NCBI RefSeq assembly: GCF_023055435.1
Contig: NW_025963779.1
Coordinates: forward strand, 42,904,001 to 42,968,000
Direction of reading: 5' to 3'
DNA length: 64,000 bases
DNA from: Haliotis rufescens
Lineage: Eukaryota
A model generated the notes under the pieces. The model saw only the letters and a list, made by a program, of their open reading frames with translations, ran no database searches and was not told where the DNA came from. Below, piece after piece: positions 14,401-26,448 of the stretch. How positions within the stretch are numbered: position 1 is the first letter of the stretch; every line of letters starts with the position of its first letter. A program made the position numbers and the translations under genes.

Positions 14401-14700
14401 ACCACATAAAGCACCTAAAGGAGCAGACACATGCAAAGTTTGAAAGTAATCGGACAAGCGGTTGCCAAGCAATAGGGCAAAATTTTCCTTAAAAAATACT
14501 TGTTTCTCAGTTATCTGCCCTTGGTCGTTGAGCCTACGGCCTTGTGATTTTTGTGGTATCTAGAACTCCACTGTCTACATACACATACAAAATTAAATGC
14601 AAACGAGCCAGTGGTTACTTTGCTAGCTCTGGTACAAAAATCGGCGGAATAATAATACGTTATAAATCGGCCGATTACAATAGGGCTCGGAGCCCTAAAA
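14401..14700 (+). mobile_element. Helentron/DINE-type non-autonomous element, terminal fragment
   Basis: ATGCAAAGTTTGAAAG..ATCGG core-type units, CGGCGGAATAATAATA tract, terminal hairpin TAGGGCTC-G-GAGCCCTA (14681-14697) followed by an A run. Confidence 0.55.
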
Positions 14701-14906
14701 TTTCCAAGTCAGTGCAAAATATTCATAGCATGGTACATATTGTGTGTAGGACAGCACACGCTGTGTGTGGGGCTGTACTCACTGATTATAGGGTTGTACA
14801 CACTGTGTAAAAAACAAAGACTTTCTATAATGTGTATTGGATGGTACTTAAGGTACAACACAAACCAAGAAGAAGAAAACAAGGTGTAAATGTATACAAG
14901 AAGTAC

Positions 14907-15057
14907 CTGGCGCCACAATAGTTTGCCATCACATGACTTATTATCTGGGCATCTCTGTTCTTGTGGATTGATTGAGTCCTGCATTCATTTTCTTCAGACA
15001 CTGATTTAGCTAGATGAGCAAAGTCGAATCTTGCCTTCTTTTTTTCCTTGTCAAAAC
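14907..15057 (-). CDS. Osr: Odd-skipped-related transcription factor, internal coding exon (phase 1 to phase 2)
   Basis: Acceptor CTCACTTTCAG|GT and donor CAG|GTACTT. Open frame (G)FDKEKKKARFDFAHLAKSVSEENECRTQ...NYCGA; RFDFAHLA matches the KPRFDFANLA motif recalled from vertebrate OSR1/2. Confidence 0.78.
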
Positions 15058-15197
15058 CTGAAAGTGAGTTGGCCTGTACAATTAAGCAATGGGCTCACAT
15101 TTTGAAAACAACTCAACAAAGTATGATTATGTATGTTATGGTAAAGGAATACACACTTTTATTAAGAAATTAAATGTTCAACAAACAAATGTTTAAA

Positions 15198-15389
15198 CTT
15201 ATCCTATTTCACACTATGCATTTCTTCTTATTCTTCGATCTTGGTGTGGAAACGCCCTAGAACAAAGTTTCCATCTTCAAGAAACACCCATATCCCATAC
15301 ATCACCAAATCACCACTGTGATCATGGGTCACGCACCACTAAAATCTCGTGCGACGCGACACCAGCGACCTGATCACCTGACATATCCA
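15198..15389 (+). repeat. About 190-bp fragment, inverted copy of 22531-22711
   Basis: CTTCGATCTTGGTGTGGAAACGCCCTAGAAC and CTAAAATCTCGTGCGAC..CCAGCGACCTGATCACCTGACATATCCA match the reverse complement of 22531-22711. Confidence 0.9.
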
Positions 15390-16205
15390 TGGTGTTCGGA
15401 CGCTATACTCGGAACAGAGAATTTTGTTGTTGTTTCTTTATCTTTATAAAACTTAAATAAACGACTTCACTTCTAAAGTTTTCCATTTACCACGAAGAGT
15501 GTGTGGTATTAATAACGATGTTTACAGTGTTTTACCTCGTCAGAACTGGATTATAACTTACTTTGCAAAATGTTACAGGCGACTGTTCGTCGGTTTAAAG
15601 CGTTGTCTACGGTTTTCGTGCATGCCTTTTTCCTCCGCTTTGGAACCCAAACGAATGTGTTACCCATGCGGATATGCCTTCGTCGTCCTGCTTAACAGGA
15701 TATTAGTCCATTCGGCGACGGTTACATCGCTTTCTGTTAGAGGAGGATCGCTCTCCGTGTCGTTGGACTACCGCGATTCACACCTCTGTGCTGACCACGC
15801 CCTGTGCACGTGTCCGCTCCCTATCATCTACAGTCGTCTGTACCCTTAACCTTGACTAACTGTTAGTCAATGAAATCTTATTAAACAAATAATTTCCCGA
15901 TGCTGATTTCATATACTATATAAAGTTCCTGTGACGCCAATATTTTAGTGTATTTTTCAAACAAGTAAAGTTTGGTTTTCAATATTGTAGTACATGTATG
16001 GAATCAAGTCACAAAAACGCAACTGCTACAGAAAAGCATGCATTCCATGCAAAAGTTGACTTTTATGCAAGCCCCACGCATTTCACTACCCAAGAATGGG
16101 TATAAAAACATGTGCGTTAACGGGATTCTATATGCATTGTTTAGCATCGTGCTGACAACAACAACTCAGAAAAAAAAACATTACGCAATTATTCAACATT
16201 ACGAA

Positions 16206-16945
16206 ATGCCACGCCTGTCTGAAAATGAGCGTCTGTGAGCCATTGGTATGCTTGAAGCAGGATCGAGTCAGCGTGATGTTGCAAGACAATTTAACGTCCA
16301 CAGAAACACCATTTGGTGTTTATGGCAACATTGGCAACAGACGAATGCAGTCAAGAGACCATCCTCGGAGTGGCAGGCCACGCATAACCAATAATCGACA
16401 CGAAACTGGATTCGAACAACTCACCTACGAAATCGATTCCAGCCAGCAACAGTGACTGCAAGAAGCATCCCTGGCCTTCGACAAATATCTTTACAAACCG
16501 TACGTCGTCGCCTCAGATGTGCAGGGATTTTCGCCAGAAGACCCGCCAGACGTCCCATTTTGACAGGAAACCACCGTCAAGCACGTCTACAGTTGTGCAG
16601 ACAGCGTCTACGCTGGACGGCCATGCAGTGGGGACAAGTTTTATTCACTGACTGAGTCTCGTATTCACCTCAACCACAGCGATGGACGGATTCGAGTGTA
16701 CCGACGTCGAGGTGAACGTTACTTCTTCAATCATTGTGTCATGGAAGAAGATCGGATCGGGGGCGGCAGCGTTATGGTATCGGGTGGGATTACAGCAAGA
16801 CAGAGGACCCGTTTGGTAGCGGTAGAGGGAAATCTCAGTGGACAGCGCGACCGCGACGAGATCATCGGCCCTGTTGTCCTACCGTTTTTGCGTCGTCATG
16901 GCCCAGGCATTACCTTTCAACATTACAACACCCTGCCTCATATTG
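16206..16945 (+). mobile_element. Tc1-like transposase pseudogene, family B, 3'-truncated
   Basis: MPRLSENERL*AIGMLEAG, HPRSGRPRIT, TVRRRLR, VLFTD*SR, GGGSVMVSGGI, FQHYNTLPH; contains stops and frameshifts. Confidence 0.88.
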
Positions 16946-17974
16946 TCAATTTACAAATCAAAAGGGTGTGTGTCCACCTCTGGTTGTGATGCAAGAAACA
17001 CATCATCATCCCATGGAATGGACCAGGCTTCGCACAAAGTCCTGTCGGATATCTGTCCATATCTGCTGGAGCATGTTTCGAAGTTCCTGGAGTGTCTGTG
17101 GAACACGTGGTTGACGTCGAAGGCGCCGATCTATCTAATCCCACATGTGCTCGTTTCATGAGAGATCAGGGGAGCACGCCAGCCAGGGGATGACATTCAC
17201 GTTGTTTTGTTGAAGAGAATCCTGAACAAGTCGAGCATTTTTCGTGTTCATGTTTCTTATGAAATCACGCATTTTCTGAAGTCAGTATGGCAAATTAAAC
17301 CATTTGAACTCTCACAGGAGTCTTTTATCTGTTGCAAACCGAAATTCTTTTAGATTTGGTCTTCTTGTATGTATTCTTTGTCACATGAACTTTTGTTATA
17401 TATGGATTAGAGCTAGCTAGAGCTGATTTGAAATGCCTTTGTATACATAACTAGTTTGTTGTTATTGTTTTGGGTTTTTTCTCTCATAAAATAAAAAATA
17501 TTCCACAGTCATCGTGCAGGACCACATTTTACTCAGTTTTGGGAAGTCGAGCCGCCAACTGAGGGTTGCCTCTTCCCCCTACTCGCTTCTTACTCGGTCA
17601 TCCTCGCTTCTGCAGCGTTCTGAGGATACAGCTTCACCTCTCCGGCCTTCTCATGGAGACAACCCTTCTGGCCGAAAACAGGACAGTCGTCGTCGAGGAA
17701 GTGATCGTTGACTGACGACGGATCTTCACTCACACAGGATCATCATCCTTCGTTGGATCGTAGACGACCGAGGGATCGACAGATCGACTTCATTGTCGAC
17801 AAGTCACTGCTCTTGGATAGACAGTTCGCCAGATTGTACCTCGGAGGATCGACAGTTCGCCTCTTCTACAGATGGATACCCGAGGGATCTCCGATCGACG
17901 ATACACATCGATACATCGACATATCGTCCGATCAAGAACTCATCAGCTCGTATGACTTTACCTGCAGGTGGGTT

Positions 17975-19498
17975 ACCATGGATAGATATATGAGAAACCT
18001 TATTTGTCCAAACACTGTAAACATACTTTGTAACATATTAAAAAGATGAAACTTGGCAAAACTGATCATCAAGGTTGAAATTAAAGTGTCAAATGTTCTT
18101 AAAGTGAAACACAACACTAGTCTCTGAGAAAAGGCATCACAAGTCAGTATCTCGTGTGTCTGCCATGTGCATTGATGACTGCAGTACAACATCGATACAT
18201 GATGGATGAGGCGGTTGATGAAGGCCATAGGCACTTGAGCCCACACTCTGAGGAACACCTGACACAGTTCAGCTGCAGTTGTCGGCCTTGGTTGGACGTC
18301 ATTCAGCAGTCTTTTAATCTTGTCCCACATGTGCTCAATGTGATTCAAATCGGGACTGTGGGCAGGCCACTGCATGGTTCTGATGCTATTCTGATGGAGA
18401 AAGTCTCTTGTTGCTCTCGCAGTGTGGGCACGGGGTTATCATGCTGAAACACGTGGTTGCAGCGACGTGCCAAATTAGGAATGTCGTGTTGTCTCAAGAC
18501 AGACCAGACCACAACACTACAGATGACCGACCACGTTGTGGAAGACCAAGGGTCCCCACCCGACGTCAGGATCTTCAAGATCGCTTTGTTACTGCTGCGG
18601 AAACTGTTCGACAGACCATGGGGACACAGGAGCGACACATTAGTGCGAACACCGTGCGTCGACGGATGACGAGCAGACACCTCCACTGTCACAGGCCACA
18701 CCGAGGACCCATTCTGACACCACGTCATCACCGGGACCGTCTTCAGTGGGCAACAGAGCACCAGCATTGGCGCCACCAGCAGTGGAGAAGACTGCTCTTC
18801 TCATGAGAGGGGCGTTACTGTATCTCAACAGCAGATGGCAGAGGGAGTCTGGCGACGCCGTGGGAAACGTTATTCGGATGCTTGTGTTGTTGAGAGAGAC
18901 TCGTGCGGTGGTCCGAGCATCATGGTGTGGGGTGGTATTTGTCTTGCACAGAGGGTCGGCCCTGTGGTCTTACAGAACATCGGTCTAGGGAGAGGCAATG
19001 GTGTCACAGCAGCTCGGTACATTCATCAAGTCTTGAGACCACACGCCATACCTCATTTTGCACGTCAGCATGATAACGCCCGTGACCACACTGCAAGGGC
19101 AACAAGGGCAACAAGAAACTTTCTCGAGATTCAAAGATGGCTGAATGACGTCCAACCAAGGCTGACAACTGCAGTTGACCTGCGTCAGTCATTCCTCAGA
19201 GTGTGGGCTCAAGTGCCTATGGCCTTCATCAACCGCCTCATCCATTCCATGTATCGATGTTGCAAAGGAGCCATCAATGCACGTGGCAGACACACAAGAT
19301 ACTGACTTGTGATGCCACTTTGTCAGAGACTAATGTTGTGTTTCACTTTAAGAACATTTCACACTTAAATTGCAACCTTGATGATCAGTTTTTCCAAGTT
19401 TCATCTTTTTAATATGTCTCAAAGTATGTTTACAGTGTTTGGAGAAATAAGGTTTCTCATATATCTATCCATGGTGATGTTTGTTTTGCAGTTCAGTA
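17975..19498. mobile_element. Two Tc1 family A partial copies joined back to back (minus 17975-18500, plus 18501-19498)
   Basis: Both arms end in the same 3' UTR. TIR GGTGATGTTTGTTTTGCAGTTCAGTA plus TA ends at 19498-19500; the 5' part of the transposase is absent. Confidence 0.88.
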
Positions 19499-19639
19499 TA
19501 TATTTTTAGCCTCGTTTTCTACCAGATACAACTTCGATTTTATCACACGCACGACTGTCAAGATTTTGCTATCGGTTTTAGAACACATTATTTGTGTTCT
19601 ATGTGCTTGGACGTCGATTTAGAGATGAACTCATGTACA

Positions 19640-21210
19640 CGTCAACAACACAGAAGTTCAACGTTCTACGCATGGTAATAGCTATTACACTTCGGACGAC
19701 CTCTCAGATACCCCATAATCCAACCGTTTCAAGGCAACAGACGACAGCTTGAACTTTCACAATAGGAAGGAGATAACACACTTCATTGTCACTGCCGGTA
19801 CACTATCCTTTGGAATTGCTTGGACCCCCATAGCTATGTACACGAGTGACTAAACCAATTGGCATTCGTCACACAGGAATCTGTGATACATTTTACCTGG
19901 ACAAAGGGATTCAATCCCGGATATCAACAATTACTCAGACCACAACTGAGTTTCACTCTGAAATGATTAACTCAGCTAGGTTGATTAATAAATTATCAGA
20001 AGTCCGTCTTACAATCTTTCCAGGATCTCCATTCCTTGGGATCAGGTCCAAGGTTTCTAATGAGCCAGATTAACATCTTAGCACAAGAACACATTGAGGA
20101 AACACCTCTTCTGATGGATAGTGGAATCGATTGTGTGCACAGGAATTTGTTTAAACAAGCCTGTAAACGACAACCACCTAGCCATGGATGCCTCATTTCA
20201 AGGTTGGGGAGCTCACTTCAACGTGGAAGTGACATCAGGCCTATGGTCAGAAGCAGTAAAGCTCTACCACATCAATCATCTGGAATACGAGGCTGTAATC
20301 CGTGCAATATTTCATTGGGCCACACAGTCAAGAAACCAACGTCTGATGATCAGGACACACAATTAAACTGTGGCATACACCATTAATCTTCAAGGCGCGA
20401 TGTAATTAGAGACCCTCCTGCAGTTGACTTTTCACCTTTGGTAGACAAGCTGACTTAACGATAAAGGCAAGACATTTACCTGGAGCGGCAAATGGATTAT
20501 CAAGCACCTTATCCAGACCAGCCAAACCTTCACCAACAGAATGGAAGCTCTACCAAAGCATTCCAACTGGCAATAAAAGAAAAGGTCCACTATTGACCTA
20601 TTTGCATCAGATAACAGTGTGTCACCAGTGCTGAACCCACTGGCCTGGTCAGTCGATACACTGTCAATACCATGGGAAGCGTATTCGTTTCCCCCACCAG
20701 CCTTGATACCACGAATACTACACAGATCCTAAACACAAGCTACCTACAACTGCTGTTAGTAGCGCCCTCTGACCGACAAGCACTTGGATTCCAGATCTCG
20801 TCGAACTAGTAGAGATACCAAACTGGACACATCTACTGCTACATCCTCCCTCCAATCAGGTCCATCCAAGACCAAAATTATACGAACTTCACGTATGGAG
20901 CATATCAAGAACAGTCTCGTAAGAGGATATTCTATTAGAGCAGCTGAGGCAGATTCCTTAGCCCTTCGTCAATCATTGAGAATCTCTATGACGATAAATT
21001 GAAAAGTTTTCACCAGTTGTAAGATCCAAGGTTTTTCTGCAGCCAAGCTACTTACCAGCAGATTACCTATGTCACTTATGAATTAAAGGAATCTTAAAGT
21101 TCGACACTGGGCACTTACTGGGCAGTGATCAGTTACTGACTACTTACTGATGGGATAAAATTTACTATATTTCCCGAACCGATAGATCTACTCAGATCTT
21201 TCTGACTGCG
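19640..21210 (+). mobile_element. DIRS-type tyrosine-recombinase retrotransposon relic (RT, RNase H, methyltransferase-like region, start of recombinase)
   Basis: DASFQGWGAH..SGLWS..HINHLEYEAV, ARHLPGAAN, PTEWKL, IDLFAS, AYSFPPPALIPRIL, RGYSIRAAE. 16950-17970 may be its ORF1 region (uncertain). Confidence 0.8.
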
Positions 21211-21229
21211 AGTAATTCAGTCGTCACCA

Positions 21230-22800
21230 TGACTTCTAGCTCCAAGATTTCCGTTGTCATCGACCTTCAGACATTGATTCACTCATACTGCCTTGTGGAC
21301 CAATCATCCAGACTTTGCCCTCTTGGCTGAGTATGAACACTTGTGTATAAAACCTCGAACTCTTACGTTCCAGACGGTTTTCCTCCTTGCCCTGTGGGAT
21401 TCGTGCTGAGACGTCGGTTGAGTCCGGTTCCAGCGTCCTCAACAAGGTCTACATGGAGGTATCTCAGACCATCCGTCGCTATCGCAAGCATCTTTTTCAT
21501 CCCCTTGTCGACGGCTGCAACTTCTGAGGTATCTTGAACCACCATCTCAATTGGCTGCGTTCTATCATCCTCAGGGCCTACACCTTTGAGGGATTACCAC
21601 CCCAGCTGCTTCCAATCCTCATGAGACGAGGGCAGTAACTTCCACCTTGGCGTTGCATAGTAATTGCACACTCTCGGCCATCATGGAGGGATGTTTCTGG
21701 CGTTCTGATATGGTCTTTGCCTTTCGGAATCTCAGTCGCCAACGTCCAAGGTCACAGCAGTCAAACAGCGCAGAGGAGGATGCACAGCAAACTACAAGTC
21801 CCAAGTCTGGTATCCTGTATTTACTGCAATTATTTCATTTATTGCTTATGTTAATCGGGTTTCTGAGACAAGCTCCCAGAGGGAGGGTATATATGCTTGT
21901 CTGTTGGGACTTCGGTCCACGTCAATAGAAGCCACCATCCGGTGCGGCCATTGGTTAAATGGTGTCCAGATCTTCTACCTGCTCATCTCTGTCTTGCTCA
22001 TGTGATGTCTCAGTGGTTGATTGAAGACCTGTGTGAAAAACGGGTATCATCGTTCGTTTCCTCTTCTCGTTCTTACCTTATTCATTCTCCTCGTGAGTTT
22101 GAGAGGTTGGCGAAGCGAAAAAAGAGATGCCAACGTCCTTGGGAGCGTATGTGTGAGGTCTGTCTTGTAGAACCTGCTGGCCGAGGACTTGGTGTTTGTA
22201 CAAAATACCTCATCCTGTCCAGGGTGAGGTTGAAGTCGTGACCGAGTAGGTGTCGCCTTGCTCTTAGTTACGCGGTCGTTACTTAGAACAGGGTCCTGTG
22301 TGAAACCATGGAACACATGATTCCCCGATGTCATGATGTATATCTCTTGGTAGCACAAACAGGGCTTTTTGAAGCAACCCTTACACGAGTTTATCACTAA
22401 TCCTTGTAAAATCCTTTGAATTTTCTTGATAAGTTCCAGCTTCCTCTGTACATCTCACGGTTGAGGTCCTTCCATGGTAGGGTATCTGCGCCCCACCAGC
22501 CTGTACACTCCAGATTGAGAATGAGGGTGCTGGATATGTCAGGTGATCAGGTCGCTGGGGTCGTGTCGCACGAGATTTTAGTGATGCGTGACCCATAATC
22601 ACGGTGGTGATTTGGTGATGTATGGGACGTGTTAGGGTGATTGGAGTTCTAGGGCGTTTCCACACCAAGATCGAAGAATATGAAGAAATGCATAGTGTGA
22701 GATAGGATAAGTATATAAATATACAATTTATTAGAAAATTTACAAATGTATAATAATACACGCTGTACATGGCAGCAGAAGAGTAGTCGTGTCCTGAGGG
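21230..22800 (-). mobile_element. Unclassified repeated element with a decayed ORF
   Basis: Its leader is repeated at 15198-15389. Decayed frame MEGPQP*DVQRKLELIKKIQRILQGLVINSCKGCFKKPCLCYQEIY; no domain recognised. Confidence 0.4.
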
Positions 22801-23571
22801 TAACAATACAGTATGAGCCTTCTATTTGAAGCAGAGACTCCTACACGCGATACTGTTATCTCAGCATGAACGAATGAATATCAAACCCTCTTTTCTTTAT
22901 TGTCGACAGCAATGTCAACAGCCTATCTCTCACACATCCTTTTATAAATGCTTAGCAACAAGCAACAGGTTTTATTGCATTTCAATTTTTAGTGTGGTAA
23001 TTTATCCCGCCATGTATGTCTATACACGATAGAGACAGAAATCACTAACTTCCAACACCTGGTCTATAGTGGCCGAGAGGGGACATCGCTTTCTCGCGGA
23101 ATTGCAATATCCACGCTTGACCACTACAGGGTGATATCTGTTTCAATTGGGAGAGTATGTTGAAATGTTTCTTTATTTACGTAACCATAATTTAACTGTA
23201 CAGACGTAGGTGATTTTAAAAAAACCCACAATCCATTTCTGCGTAAAATGTAACTGATTGATTTATGGCCCTATTTAGTTTTCTGTGACCATCACGCCGA
23301 AGGGGCGTGGCGGGTCGTGGCAATACGCTCTCAATAAATCAGGTTTAAGTCTAAATATTTACTTTTCAAAAGAAGTTAAGAAGACTTTGGTTAATCACTC
23401 ATGTCTGATTGTATTTGAAACTACAATCTCATAATTGTTGGTGTTCTGTAACTTGTTTTGAGTAGTTTATGATGTTACAGTATGTCATACTGTTGTCCGT
23501 AGATATTCCTTTTGACATTTGATTTATGATCATATTGTATTGTGTTTCTTGTCTTGTGCAAATCTACAAGT

Positions 23572-23646
23572 AGTGAGTGAGTCGCTTTTAACACTATTCC
23601 AGCAATATCACGACGGGGAACACCTGGAATGGGCTTCACACATTGT
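23572..23646 (-). mobile_element. SINE 3' fragment with (CTCA)n tail
   Basis: GTGAGTGAGT..TATTCCAGCAATATCACGACGGGGAACACC..ATGGGCTTCACACATTGT; a similar tail occurs on + at 27070-27116. Confidence 0.6.
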
Positions 23647-23651
23647 GTGTG

Positions 23652-23691
<40 letters not shown>

Positions 23692-23699
23692 TGTGTGTG
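23645..23699. repeat. (GT)n(GCGT)n microsatellite
   Basis: Direct reading. Confidence 0.95.
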
Positions 23700-25124
23700 A
23701 TAATTACACCAGAACGCACAATTGTTAACAACCATACAGTTCAATAGATAGAGAATTGCTACATAAATATGAATATTCCTGCTTGACCAAAGATCCTATA
23801 CTGTAATCGGACATCTTGTCTCCCCTGGCGGGAAAGTTAAACTCTATTTTACAAGCTCTTTAGTTTTAAATGTAATTCCCGAAGATAGTTCGATCGAAAG
23901 GAATGATAAGAAACGAGTAATAATATTTAAAACGTATTACATTTCTATTGTCCAAGGAATGAGGTTACGGGTTAAGGACGGTCTCAAAAGTCGTATATGT
24001 GACTTAAAGTAAAGACATATATCTTTTTCGGCTTCACTCCAAATCTGTTAACCTTCAAAATAATTCTTTGGAAAATGCGAACAATACAGACAGCGGCTGA
24101 TGATACTGACAATTATTTGTCAATGTACATTTATGACCTATATGTAATTCATTATTTGTTCCAGTTCAATGTATCCTTTAAAGTTTTAGTTTTAAGATTG
24201 AGGGAAGAATGGGGTAGTATTTTGAATAAAATGAAAATATGAATAGCGACAATTCTATTGTAGTCTGTGAATCTTGCTAATTTACTACACAAGAAAATGA
24301 ACACAAGCTTGTTTACAATCTAAACGTGATAGCATTCTGTATTTATATCTAACTTATTTATCTTCTACAAAATGTTGAAGAATTCTAGGTATAAAAGGCA
24401 AAATAGCGGTGAGCATTATAGGAATTGATAACTGTAAATCTGCCAAAAACATTTTAATGTACGGCATTATGGGAAATATCGCCTTGTCGCTTTCTCGCTC
24501 TATCGCGCTATCCTTTTCGCTTTATCGCCTTACCGCTCTATGGCTTTATCGCTATCTCTCATGACTAACAATAGTCATATGACTGATTAGGGTGTTCTTT
24601 AACTTCTTTTTAATAGTATGTACTGTAAATATTGAAATTAACGATGGGGTTAATTAAATGCAAAAATGCGAATTGACGTAATTAATTAAACTTTGCATTT
24701 ATGTCTCAGAAATTACTGTTGATAAGACTCACTGCATGCACAATTTGAATAGCGGAAATACCAACTTAAATATAAAAACAAACAACTATCTATTTCCACA
24801 TTACGGTTTATTGAGAACAATATGTCATTAAAAAATCCGTGGATTGTTTAAAATCCCCTGCGTCTGTACAGTTAAATTATGTTTAAGTAAATAGTGAGAG
24901 AAAGCGAGAGAGCGAGAAAACGATGTCCCCTCTCGGCAACCTGCTCATCCATTTACCTAGTAACACAACCGTTTCGTAAGGAGCTAAGTGCTTGAGAGAG
25001 AGCTAAGTGCTTGACTTTACGCGATTTTCGGGTTGCTTATCTAATTTTGGGGGAATTTTGAAGAATGCCATGCCATAGGTGGGGGAACTGAGGGGGTTTG
25101 TGTGTTTGTGTGTTATTTGGGATT

Positions 25125-26390
25125 TTTTATTTATTCATTTTTATTTATTTATTTATTATTTTAGTTTGTTTAAATATATTTTTACAATGTCTTTTAGGGA
25201 TTTAGCATAGTATAGTAAATAGCAAGATTTTGTAGTTTATTAGATGCAGCCTTGTAGACGTGTTTTAATTAGGAAAATGCCTTATGCCTTGATGTTTTGT
25301 GGGTTTAGAAGTGTTGCCAAAGACATTTGTTTGTTACCGTTTATTGTGGATTTGAGGGTTGGTCTGTGTTGTTGGTGGTGTGTTCAGGTGTTTCTATTTG
25401 GTTACAGTGAGGGCATTTACCTGTTTGGTGTTTTCTGATTCTGTGTAGTGGAGAGTTTGGTTTAGTGTGCCCTGTCCGTAATTTGATTATTGCCCTGTCG
25501 ATTTTCTTGAATTCATGAAGAACTTTTGGTTTTTTATTGGCTTTTGGAGCACCTGTTTTAGTTTACAGTTTGATTTCTGAAATTGGTTTTGCCACTTTTG
25601 GAGGATTTTACTCTTAGTAATACCTTTAATCTCGTTTTGAGATATTGGTAGGTTGATGCTTATTTCTTCTAATTGTAGTGATGCTTTAAGCTGCTTTGTC
25701 GGCGTCTTCGTTACCAAACACTCCGACGTGGGCAGGGATTCATACCAATTCTATTTCTTAACCTAGATTGCGGAGCTTTGTTGGAGCTTTTGAGTATTTT
25801 ATTGATTTTAGGTAAAATTTAGGTAGATTTTTAGTGTTTTTATTTTTAATAGCTTGGAGTCAACTTAATGGGTCAGTAAGGATTAGGTTTTTGGGTTATT
25901 TTCTTAATTTGGGGGTTATGTAGAGCTGTGGCCATCCCAATTAATTCGGTCGTGAAAATTGATTGATTATTTGCGAGCCTATAGCATTTAGTTTCTTTTG
26001 AGGGTTGGTATCCCATGGATGCCGAATCCTGTGTGTTTCGAGGCCGGGTCGGCGGACCCGTCTCTATAGATGTGACACCAATTTGGCCATTTTTCGTGTA
26101 TGTGTGATAGTGTGATGGCATTAGCAGTATCAGGATCGTTTTTTTAATTTAGTTTGGAGGAGAGAGTTGTGTCTATATTGAGGATTTGTAGTTCTGGTGT
26201 GAATATGTTGTTTGGTTTTGTGTTTAGTCTTAAAGCGTTTAGGTTGTGTATGTTTAAACAGTTGAGTGTGCGTTGAGAGATTGGTGTTAATAATGAGTTT
26301 TTCCGTGTTTGTGTTTGGTGTTTTAGGCTTATATTGTTTTTAAGGATGTGTTGGATTAGGGTCTTTTGTTGGGTTGGGGCCCAGAAATTT
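25125..26390 (-). mobile_element. I/Nimb-clade LINE 3' fragment with RNase H
   Basis: SIFTTELIG and IELV*IPAHVGVFGNEDADKAA (WIPxHxGxxGNExAD RNase H motif); A-rich coding strand; (AAAT)n tail near 25125-25160. Confidence 0.75.
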
Positions 26391-26448
26391 ATTGTTTGCA
26401 GTTTGTGTGGCTGTTTGCAGTGTCTTTGTAGACCGAGTGGAGGTTTAC

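Larger units (their letters stand above)
23072..24937. mobile_element. Non-autonomous TIR DNA element (1.87 kb)
   Basis: 26-bp inverted ends GCCGAGAGGGGACATCG(C/T)TTTCTCGC (23072-23097 and 24912-24937), plus a ~55-bp subterminal inverted repeat (about 23174-23229 and 24839-24893). No ORF and no clear TSD. Confidence 0.8.

Noticed and set aside
24981-25014. 15-bp direct repeat GAGCTAAGTGCTTGA
   Set aside because: Simple local slippage duplication; it does not flank an element as a TSD would
26144-26448. C-terminal half of the 189-aa ORF 26144..26713
   Set aside because: Read-through past the splice donor at 26448 into intronic LINE sequence
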